Positions 24,863 through 36,517 of a DNA stretch of 64,000 nucleotides are shown here, one piece after another (the stretch's first letter is position 1; each line of letters begins with the position of its first letter). The DNA comes from Eledone cirrhosa (lineage: Eukaryota): assembly GCA_964016885.1 (NCBI GenBank), contig OZ024741.1, positions 343,356,001-343,420,000 on the forward strand. Direction: 5' to 3'. The notes beneath the pieces were generated by a model that was not told the origin of the DNA, did no database searches, and was given only the letters and a program-made list of their open reading frames with translations. The position numbers and the translations under genes were made by a program.

Positions 24863-27800
24863 TATTATTACCTTTTTTTTTTTTTTTTTTTTCCAATTCA
24901 ATGATGTTCCAGAACAATATAAAAGAGATAATTGGCAATTTAGGTTCTGGAACAAAAAAGATCATTGGCAATAAGGGCAGGGGCCCCAGGTTATCACAGC
25001 CTGGGCCCGCTCGCCATCGTGCCATTGTAATAGAGCCAAACAAGGCATTTAGTCTTGGCTGCTGGAAGGTACGGACGCTGCTTGACAGGGATTACTTGGA
25101 GCGTCCTGAACGAAGGACCGCTCTTGTTGCAAAGGAGCTTCGACGTTACGATCTTGACATCGTGGCTTTATCTGAGACGAGGTTAGCTGGAGATGGTCAT
25201 CTTACGGAATTTTGTGGAGAATATACATTCTTCTGGAAAGGAAGAGATGAAGGAACCAGAAGAGAGGCTGGGGTAGGATTTGCTGTTAAGACTGTACTTG
25301 TAAACAAATTAGAAGAATTCCCAGTAGGGATTAGTGAGCGTCTTATGTCCATGAGAGTTCCGCTGGACAAGGGAAGATCTGCTACCCTGTGAGTGTGTAT
25401 GCTCCAACTATGAGTTCTGTCGATGAGGAAAAGGTGTCCTTTTACCATGCCTTGAAAGGTGTTCTAAGAAATATCCCTCAGGCAGACAAAGTCATCGTGC
25501 TTGGTGACTTTAATGCTAGAGTGGGTAGGGATTTTAACACATGGAATGTAATCGGAAGGCATGGGGTGGGAAAGTGTAACAGCAATGGTATGCTCCTGCG
25601 GCAGATGTGTGAGGAGCTGGATCTGTGTGTTACCAACATCATCTTCCAACAAAAGAACAAATTCAAGACCACATGGATGCATTCTGCATCTAAGGAATGA
25701 CATCTTTTGGACTACGTCCTAGTCAGGATGTGCAGTGTGTTCGTGTTCTTCGTGGAGCTGAGTGCTGGACGGACCACCGCCTGGTACGCGCAAAAGTGAA
25801 ACTAATCACTAAACGTAAAATCTGTGCTCCTGGTGTTGCCCTGCCCAAAAGATTGAATGCTGCTCATCTTAAGGATAAAAATGTGAAGAGAACAGTGGAA
25901 GAAGAGATGCAGGCTGCAGATCTTGGTGAGGATTGGCCGACCCTTAAAAAGTCGGTTTATGATGTAGGCAGGCGTGTTCTGGGATTGGCGCAGAGGAAAC
26001 ATCAGGACTGGTTTAATGAGAATGATGTACATATAGAAGACTTGTTGGCTGATAAGAGGCGTGCTCTGTCACGCTACTTGACGGCAAAACCACAGGAGAG
26101 GAATACGTTGCATGAGGAGCTCAGGGAAGTAAAATCACGTGTTAGGCGGAGTCTTTCTCAGATGAAGGATCAGTGGTAGAGTGAGAAGGCTGGTGAGATA
26201 CAAACTGCGTCTGATTCCAATAACACAAAGCTGTTGTACAGTCTCTTGCGTGAGGTTTATGGACCGTCTTCTTCTCTGGTGACACCGCTTCGCAGCAAGG
26301 ATGGCAAAGAGCTTCTTCGTGACTCACAGGGAATTCTACGAAGGTGGCGAGAGCACTTTGATGATCTTTTGAATCAGCTGTCTGTCGTCAGTGAAGATTT
26401 CCTCAATCTCATTCCAGAAAGTCCTGTGAAAGTAGCTCTCGCAGAACCTCCGACGCTTGTGGAGATTGCACTGGCTATTTCGAAGCTGAACAGTGGAAGA
26501 TCTCCAGGTATGGATGGCATACATGCTGAGCTCCTACAATATGGTGGTGAGAGACTCCTGCAACATCTTCACTCTTTGTTTGGCAGTATATGGGCTAATG
26601 AATCCGTACCTGAGGACTGGAGAGATGCAGTAATGGTGGTCTTGTACAAGCGAAAGGGTAACAGGAACGATTGTGGGAACTACAGAGGTATATCATTGCT
26701 TTCTATCGTAGGGAAAGTTTTATGTAGGGTGCTTCTGGACCGTCTGCTGACACACATTGCAGATTGTGTTCTTCCTGAAAGTCAATATGGTTTTCGTGCT
26801 GGACGCGGCACTACTGATATGATCTTCTCAGCTAGACAGCTCCAGGAGAAGTGCATGGAACAAGGCTTGGATCTGTATCAGGTTTTTGTCGATCTGACAA
26901 AAGCTTTCGATACTGTTAACAGAGATGCATTATGGAAGGTTCTCCAGAAACTTGGTTGCCCTGATAAGTTCCTTGCTTTAGTTAGGTCTTTCCATGACGA
27001 CATGAAGTCTTGGGTTAATGTTGGGGGTAACATGTCGGAGCCTATCTCAGTAAAAAAATGGAGTGAAACAGGGGGATATTCCAGCACCGACCCTCTTTGC
27101 CATATACTTTGCAATAGTTTTCTGTATTGTATTCAGGAATTGCGAGCATGGTGTTTACATCCGATATCGAACCTCAGGCAGCATATTTAACATCAGGCGC
27201 TTTGCTGCGAAGACAAAAGTATTTACATCAATCATAAGAGACCTCTTGTATGCAGATGATTGCGATCTTGTAGCGCACACAGAGAGTGATATGCAGCACA
27301 TTGTGAATGCATTTCTGACGCTTGCACTGCCCTAGGTCTGGCTGTCAGTCTCAAGAAAACCGTTGTCATGTACCAACCTGCCCCTGGTAAGCAGTACACT
27401 GAACCAAACATCTATGTGTATGGCAAACGACTTGGAGTGGTTGATCAGTTTGTCTACCTGGGGAGCACTGTCAATCGATACAGCAACCTTGACAGTGAAA
27501 TCTCACTTAGGATTAGGAAAGCAAGTGATGCTTTCGGAAAGCTAGAAAGGCGACTCTGGGGTCAGCGAGACATATGCAGGAGGACAAAGGTAAAGGTGTA
27601 CAGGGCATGTGTGCTCCTTGTCTTCTTTATGCCTGCGAGACCTGGGTCACATATCGACACCACCTTAAGCAATTGGAGCGTTTCCATCAGATGTGTGTCA
27701 GACGGATCCATGGCGTTCACTGGAGGGACCACATCAGTGATGTCGAGATTTTGGAAAGCTCTATTTGTGACAGTATAGAAGCTCTTGTGCTTAAGCAACG

Positions 27801-28582
27801 ACTCCGTTAGAGTGGTCACCTTGCCAGGATGAAGGATTCTAGAATACCAAAACAACTCTTTTATGGAGAGTTGGTTAAAGGAAAACGACCGCCACATAAA
27901 CCAAAAAAAGAGGTATATGGATTCCTTGAAAGCCTCTCTGAAAGACGCTAACATCTCTGCTGATACATGGCAGAATATTGCTGCTGATCGTAATAAATGG
28001 AGAAAGACTGTATATGAGGGAAAAGTTGCTTTTGAGGCATCTCGAATCGCATACGAGAAAGTAAAGCGGGATGTGAGGAAGGGCATTGCTGTTGCACTTC
28101 CAGACGGCAAGGGTCCTCCTATGGTGCTGAAATGCAGCGTCTGTGCGAGACTCTGCCTAAGCAAAGCTGGACTCGAAAGTCATCTTCGCAGTCATAAAGT
28201 AAGACCAGTGGTTGACTACCAGGCTGCTGTTGGAGATGCTACTCATCATGCTTGCCAAACATGTGGTAGAGAATGTAAATCATCAGGAGGGCTCAAGCGA
28301 CATGCAAAAGTACACGAACTCCAACCACAGCCGACTATTCCCAGTGAATGTTTTGGATGCCGACTCTGTGCAAGACATTTTAGATCATTGGCTGGGCTAA
28401 AAAGCCACATTCGATCGCAGCGATGTTAGTTGCTATCGTATGTGTGTGTGTGTGTATGTGTATATGTATATGTATATGTATATTATTATTGTTGTTGTCG
28501 TTATTATTATTGTTGTTATTATTATTATTATTATTATTGTTATTAATGTATGTGTGTGAGTATGTGTGTGTGTGTATATATG

Positions 28583-28615
<33 letters not shown>

Positions 28616-28734
28616 TTTTTTTATTTTTTATTTTTTTAAAATTTTTTATTTTCTTTTTATTTATTTATTATTATTATTTTTTTTTTCTTTCTCCTCGTGC
28701 AATGGCCATACTCGATAACGAGGGTGCAGCCATC
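24521..28734 (+). mobile_element. RTE-clade LINE copy 1 (APE + RT + C2H2 fingers), multiply disrupted
   Basis: DIVALSETR, GDFNARVG, NYRGISLL, FVDLTKAFD, LYADD and C-terminal CxxC...HxxxH repeats; (TATG)n tail. Confidence 0.93.
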
Positions 28735-28817
28735 ATGTATTTATGTATGTATGTATGTATGTATGTATGTATGTATGTATGTATGTATGTATGTATGTAT
28801 GTATGTATGTATGTATG

Positions 28818-31800
28818 TTCTGGTTTTATAATTTCACAAGGTTTTACCAATAGAGAGAGAGTCGGTTTCTAACATAGACACAAGACTCTCTCATTGGAAT
28901 TTATACAACATCAACTAGGTAGATATGTATGCATGTCTGCATGTGTAGATATGGATGTTATTGTATGTGTGGATGTGGATGTTTTGAGTTGTATGTGTGC
29001 ATGTGTATATGCTTTGTATCTGTACATGTGTATATGTAGTTATTAGATGCAAAGTTTTTGGAATGTTTTACAAATTTTTACTGTTCCATTAATGGATTGT
29101 ACTTGTAGTTTCCTAACTAGTTGTGTTCTTTCTGTTCCTGTGAAGCCTAGCTTCTCAAGATTTGTATTGAGGCAGGTACCAACATACCCCAGTGTCCCAA
29201 TAATCACAGGCATAATCTGAAGGTGTAATCAGGGTGGAGTATCTGTAGATTTCTCATCAGTTCTGCATAAATATTCTCATTTTCACTAATCTTTGATATT
29301 ATATTGGCATCTGCTTGGCAGCTAATTTCCACTACTGTGCATGTTTTCTTCTCCCTGTCCCATATCATAATATCTGGTCTCTTATGCCTCCATTTTATTG
29401 GGGTTTTTACTGGAACATTCCACCAGTACTCTTTCATATTATGTACATGGATGTCTTCTACATTGTTGTAGCTTTTAATGTGTTTATTATCGGGGCTATA
29501 CTTTTTACGAAATGCATTGTACAATGTTTTGGCCACTACATCATACCTCATAGGTAGATAGTATCGCGATGACATATTTGGACAGCTGCTGATGACATGG
29601 GTGATATCCTCGATGTTAGTTCTGCAGAGTCTGCACTTGTTATCACATCTAGGTGTTTTGCCTGCATCCCTATCTCTTTTGTGAATCAGGTATTTCGTGC
29701 TAATCTCCTGTTCTTGGATTGCAAAAGCATATCCTTCAAAGTGGGCGCCAATATAGCGGTTGTTGGTCCAAGATAGACTACTTTCCTTATCTATATTACT
29801 CTCACTCTGGAGCTTCCTGGCAACATATCCATGCATGATTTTTTGCTGATAGGCATGCAGATTTTCATCCATGGATTCACTGCGATACTGCTGAGCGATA
29901 TCCCTGGGTGTTAGTTTTTGATTATCACACAGGGAATATCTCTCAAGGAGTTCCTTCCCAACTCTCATGATCTTATCTGTTTCATGCAGATAGACTTGCT
30001 CGAGAAGCGGGCTCCTACGCTTCGAGGCTCGTAGATGTCGGAGAGAAATGATGCGACATTCAAATGTTGTCTGGCTGATGTTAGGGCTCTGCCTACCTGC
30101 TTACATTTCAAGTAAAGGCGGTCTATGTCACTGTTGATGTGGAAGTTTCCGTTGTTGTTCAGTATATTTCGAGTTCCAACATCAACTGCTCGGATTTCGT
30201 CTATCGTCCACTTGAATATTCCAAACGTTGGTGTTAGGACAAGCACAGCAAACGCATTGTGAGCCACTGTTTTGTTTTGCGCAGTGAGTTCCGATGACCA
30301 GATCTTTCTTATCGGGTGTAGTATTCCCTGGTTACGCGTTCTTTATTACAGATACCATTATAGGATATGTTCTCATCTATCCCCAGGTATCTGTTACAGT
30401 CCTCATCAGATATCGGTGAAACAGTTATACCATTGATGACAATGTTGCTAGATTGGGTTGTTGTTTTTCCCCGCTTTACAGTCATGTATGAGCATTTATC
30501 TTGGCCAAAGTCCATTCCTATATCGTTTGAGAACGTTATAACCGGGTCAAGATCTTTCTTCATCCCATCCATGTTCTTCGCATAGAGATTCAGATTGTCC
30601 ACAAAGAAGTTATGGGTTAGGTTCGTATTTCTGTCCTCCTGTGAGCCAATGATGTATCCCTCACATTTCTTGAGCAGAAATGACAAGTGGTTTAATGACA
30701 AGATGAGAGACTGTCCCCCAGAAATATACCCCTTCAATATTTTATTTTATCAGTGAAAATAGAGTCCTCCCTCTCTGTCTTTAACCTTAGGATAGTAGCC
30801 CAAGAAGAAGACAGCTTCTCTATGGCTCTGTCAATAATGTCTGGGACTTTAGAAAGTTGGAGGGCCTCTATCATACAAGAGTGGGGAACAGAATCGAAGG
30901 CTTTCTTGTAGTCCAACCAGACTGTAGTCATATTCCTACTAAGTTGTCTCACCTCCGACATCGCAGTTTTGTTGATTATGAGTTGTTCAGCACACCCCCA
31001 AACCCTTCTCTTTCCAGCTGCTTGTTCATCTGTGATGATGTTATTATTTTCACATTGCTCTTGGAGGAATAGGTTCAGGCAGGCTGTATACATCTTATAT
31101 ATCAGGTTCTGGCATGCAATGGGTCGATAGTTTTTTGCCAAGTGGGTGTCTTTGTTCTTGGGGACCAGTAACGTTTGTGCTAATGTCAACCATTCTGGTA
31201 TAAGTATATCTCCCTTAAGAACTTGTTGGTAGAGGTCAGTAAGATACCTCCGATAGAATATTAGTTTTTTGTACCAGTAACCGACAATCATGTCTCTTCC
31301 TGGTGTTTTCTTATCTTGGAGTTTTATTAAGCATTTTTCTCTCATCTACCTTCTTCAGGTATCGGCGTTTTTCGCTAACATCTCTCAATTCTTGTTTGAG
31401 TGTGATCAGCTTATATTGGAGAGTTCTGGTTCTACTGTTACCAAACATCGTCTCTATTTTATTTTTCACTCTTTGTTGGTGAGTAGTGAGGTTTTTTTGT
31501 GTTTGTTTGCATGTAAGGAGCATTGTCACATGTCCTATGTTTTTTCGTAGGTCAGCACTCTTTTTTTCTATTTTAGTTATATAGGATGGTATTTTTGGTG
31601 GTGTTTTGTTCTTGTTAATATCTCTGCTATCACCAAGATAATGCTTCACTGTCATTGCTAAGGCATATAAACAGGCGTTGATTTGCCAAAATGTTAGGGT
31701 TTTTATCCGTCGTAAATATTCATCCCCTATTTCGTCAATAACACGTAGTATTTCATTATTTGGTTTTTTATTCACCATTGTCATTTTAATACGTTCAGCC

Positions 31801-32670
31801 AGAGAGATATTTATGCATGAGTTAATTTCTCTCTGGAAGATTTCGTTGAGGGAAATTTTCAATTGTTTATACTTTTGATTATAATTATCGATAGTCGAGG
31901 TAGACTCGGATGGTATAGTGGTGTCTCATTTATTCGATTATTATTATTATTTCTTCGATTATTATTATTATCAATAGTGTTTTCCCCAGCATTCGAGGTA
32001 GACTTAGACGGTACAGGTGGTGTCAAATTCCTTACAGGCATAGTTGTTTCAAGGCGCTGTTCGACCTGGCTGCTAGGAAGACTAGTAGCATGGCGATCTG
32101 TAGCACGTGTTGTTGATTCCATGTTTGTTGTGTGGGACTTACAATTAATAATATTTATCTTATTTTTACGTTCAACAAACGTCGCTTGTTGGCGTAATTG
32201 TTTCGCTGTGAAATAATTTAGCTCTGGGTGCATTTCGTCCCAGTGTAGCTTCATTCTGTTCATATAGCCAATGGAGAGATTGTTTTTTTGCCATTTTATA
32301 ACAATTAAATAAATCATTAAGTTCGTAACTCCAAGAGAAATGCGATTTATAATTTCGGTTTCTTCTGTAGCTACAACTGAATAAAGTTTGATTACCTTCT
32401 TTGTTATTTGTCTTCGATACTTCCTTAATTTTTTTTGTTGATGTTGTGTTCAGCCATGTTGTTTGTAGCAGATCCTTGTAAAATTAATTATGTATTTAGT
32501 CGGATATCTCTACGAATTCGAATAAAAGGTGTCTTCAGAAGGGATAGTTAGAAGAATAACCAGTTAATCAACCTGGCTGTAGTTGTGGCATTACTGTCGG
32601 AGATAGTATTCATCTTAAATTTAATAAATAGTCTCCCACGCCAAAATATGCGACTGATCGCGTTGACTGA
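28818..32670 (-). mobile_element. R4/Dong-like LINE family 2, near full length, disrupted
   Basis: NYRPIAC, WLDYKKAFD, FFVDNL, CRLC...H...C knuckle, RPDIMIWD...VVEISC; abuts the (TATG)n tail of the RTE. Confidence 0.88.
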
Positions 32671-32921
32671 TGTATGTATATATGTATGTATGTATATATG
32701 TACGTACGCACATTGTATGCATGTTCTGGTTTGATATTTTTGCATTTTATTGGGGTTTTGACTGAAACATAACACCATATTCTGTATATGTACTCTATAT
32801 CAATGTAACTTTATATGTTTATCCTCAGGGCTTTTCCCATCTACGGATTGCATTGTTTCGATCACTACATCATGCTTCATAGGCAGAAAATATATATTTG
32901 TTTATATAAGTATGTTTGTTC

Positions 32922-33983
32922 TTCTGGTTTTATAATTTCACAGATGTTTACCAATAGAGAGAGAGTCGGTTTCTAACATAGACACAAGACTCTCTCATTG
33001 GAATTTACGCAACATCAACTAGGTAGATATGTATGCATGTCTGCATGCATGCATGTATAGATATGGATGTTATTTTATGTGTAGATGTGTATGTTTTGAG
33101 TTATATGTGTGCATGTGTATATGTTTTGTATCTGTAAATGTGTATATGCAGTTATTAGATGGAAAATCTTTGGAATGTTTTACATGTTTTTACTGTTCCA
33201 TTCATGTATTGTACTTGTAATTCCCTAACTAGTTGTGTTCTCTCTGTTCCTGTGAAGCCTAGCTTCTCAAGATTTGTATTGAGGCAGTTACTAACATATC
33301 CCAGTGCCCCAATAATCACAGGCATAAATCTGAAGGGTAATCAGGGTGGAGTATCTGCAGAATTCTCATCAGTTCTGCATAAATATTCTCATTTTCGCTA
33401 ATCTTTGATATTATATTGGCATCTGCTGGGCAGCTAATTTCCACTACTGTGCATGCTTCCTTTTCTCTGTCCCATATCATAATATCTGGTCTGTTATGCC
33501 TGCATACCACTCTTTCGTATTATGTATGTGGATGTCTTCCACATTGCTGTAGCTTTTAATGTGTTTATTATCGGGGCTATCTTTTCTACGGATTGCATTA
33601 TACAGGGTTTTGGCCACTACATCATGCCTCATAAGTAGATAGTACCGCGATGACATCTTTGGACAGCTGCTGATGACATGGTTGACATCTTCGACGTTGA
33701 TTCTGCAGAGTCTGCACTTGTTATCACATCTAGGTGTTTTGCCTGCATCCCTATCTCTTTTGTGAATCAGGTATTTCGTGTTAATTTCCTGTTCTTGGAT
33801 TGCAAAAGCGTATCCTTCTAGGTGGGAGCCAATATAGCGGTTGTTGGTCCAAGATAGACTACTTTCTTTATCTATATTACTCTCACTCTGGAGCTTCCTG
33901 GCAACACATTAATGCATGATTTGCTGATAAGCATGCAGTTTTTCATCCATGGATTCACTGCGATACTGCTGAGCGACTTCCCT
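32922..33983 (-). mobile_element. 5'-truncated copy of R4/Dong-like family 2
   Basis: High similarity to 28818-29905. Confidence 0.88.
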
Positions 33984-34091
33984 ATGTATGTATGTATGTA
34001 TGTATGTATGTATGTATGTATGTATGTATGTATGTATGTATGTATGTATGTATGTATGTATGTTTGTATGTATGTATGTATGTATGTATGT

Positions 34092-34214
34092 CAGTCTTTC
34101 CTCACTTTAAAACAAATCTTCACGTACAGGCATTGCACGATAGCATTAATTGATAATTATTAATAATGGTATATCGCACAATGGCCGTACTCGATAACGA
34201 GGGGGCAGCCATCA
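34092..34214 (+). mobile_element. Bipartite non-autonomous RTE relative (5'UTR segment fused to 3' end)
   Basis: 34092-34170 matches the RTE 5'UTR (reverse complement of 40105-40177); 34172-34214 matches the RTE 3' end (28694-28734). Confidence 0.75.
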
Positions 34215-35186
34215 TCATCATGTATGTAAGCATTCATGTATGTATGTATTATCGTTCATAAGATGCAAGGGCTTTTTGATTTTTGTTATTTAATATTAGT
34301 TCATACATTTTCAGGGGACAAATTGGCAAAGTCGTAAGAAAGTCGGATTGAATGTTTTGCAGTATTCGTTCCGGTTCTTTGCAGTCAGTGTTCAAATCCT
34401 GCTGAGATCAACTTTGCAGTTTAGTCTTCCTATGTTGACAAAAAAGTACCAATCCGCTACTGTTGTCGATTCTTCTTCTTTATCTCTTTGTCACCTCTTC
34501 TTTATCACTCGCCTTCCTTACTCTGGAAGAAATTGGCCGTATTCAGATCTGGAGAGAAAACGGACCTCGCTTTGTTTCAAAAATGCCCAAGAAACGCCGT
34601 ATATCATTACAGAGCATCAACGGCTTTGCTAGGAGTTACGGTTTCATATATACATAATTTGCTTTCAGTTTGTCAATTGAATTCGACAGTTTTTCGTGTA
34701 ATAATTATAGTTACAATGCATTTTTCTTTGATCAGCAATCAGTATAGGATGTCTCATTCCAGGAATTATAAACATCTAAATATCAGAGATAATTTTATAT
34801 GCTATTAACATCATCCTTTGAGCCTGTGTTTATGATATATACATATATTCTTCGTATTATGCTAATCGAACCAATGGAAATGTGTAGATTGTAAATAAAA
34901 TATTATAAGTTATTTGCAATTTACACATTTCAAACTTTATGTAGCAAAATTAGGGAAGTATAAATATATGTAGAAACATTTAAACAAAACATAACAGTGT
35001 TTGTCAATAACTTCGTGAATTTATGCCTCATTTTTTTATTCAACATATATAGGATTAATATGATATAACTACAGAGAGAAACAATCTAACATATATGTTC
35101 TATTCAATACTAGTTACAGATGTATGTATATTTATAAGTGATCCACAGGTATTTATGGAACCAAATTATATATACATTGATAAATA

Positions 35187-35377
35187 TAATTGTTTCTAAT
35201 TTAGGCACAAGGCCAGCAATTACCCAGTGTATTACTGGTACTTTATTTTATCGACCCCCGTAAGGATGAAAGGCAAAGTTAACCTCGGCGGGATTTGAAC
35301 TCAGAATGGCAAGGGCCGTAACTCTATGTGCCAAAGCATGTCATCCGACCCTCTACCGATACTTCCAATCCACCGCC
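35187..35377 (-). mobile_element. SINE S1 with TSD
   Basis: 20-bp direct repeat tatacattgataaatataat at 35171 and 35383. Confidence 0.93.
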
Positions 35378-35782
35378 TTATTTATACATTGATAAATATA
35401 ATGATAAATATATATATATATTTGTTTTTATTAACCTCACGTATATTCTTGTGTCTGAAAGAATATAGTCAACAAAAGCGAAACATTGGAAACAGTCTCA
35501 AGATGCGATTAATCATCTGGAAATGTAAGTTCTTATTATAAAACAATTAATATAACATCTGTAAAATCTCATAGTTGTCATAAGGCACGAAACAATAAAT
35601 AATATACGCCGGCAGAGAAGCCCTAGACTTAAACATAACATCAGAAATTTTAGTAAACCAGCAGGATTCTTGCAATTTCTACGTATCCTACAGTTATTTG
35701 AAACGTGACATTATACAATATCCACCTAATACAGCACAGGTGTATTAACTGTAAATGCAAAAATCATATATATATGTATATA

Positions 35783-36028
35783 GGGTAAATGATGTTTGCA
35801 TATGGAAAGTTCCCCTTGTGGAAGACCACTAGTCACCAATGCATACCAGCCTGTCTTCCCTCTCCACGCCACGGATGTTGCCCAAGGAAAAGGCAATGGC
35901 GGATACACCTTGTCACCAGTGACGTCGCAACTCATTTCTTCAGCTGAGTAAATTGGAGCAACGTAAAATAAAGTGTCTTGCTCAAGGACACAACGCACCA
36001 CCCGGTCCGAGAATCGAACTCGCAACCT
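35783..36028 (-). mobile_element. CORE-type SINE, head truncated
   Basis: B-box gagttcgattct followed by gtgtccttgagcaagacactt. Confidence 0.75.
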
Positions 36029-36269
36029 CACACACACACATCTACATACATACATACATACACACACACATGCATACATACATACATACATACATACATA
36101 CATACATACATACATACATACATACATACATACATACATACATACATACATGATGGCTGCCCCCTCGTTATCGAGTATGGCCATTGCACGAGAAGAAAAA
36201 AAAAAATAAAATAAAATAAAATAAAATAAAATAATAATAATAATTAAAAAAAAAAATAAATAAAAAAAA

Positions 36270-36304
<35 letters not shown>

Positions 36305-36517
36305 CATACATACATATATACATACACACATACATACACATACACACACACATATACACACACACATACATTAATAACAATAATAATAATAATAATAATA
36401 GCAATAATAATAATAACGACAACATCAATAATAATATACATATTCATATATATATACACACACACGCACGCACATAAGCATATCTACACACACACACACA
36501 CACACACACGATAGCAA

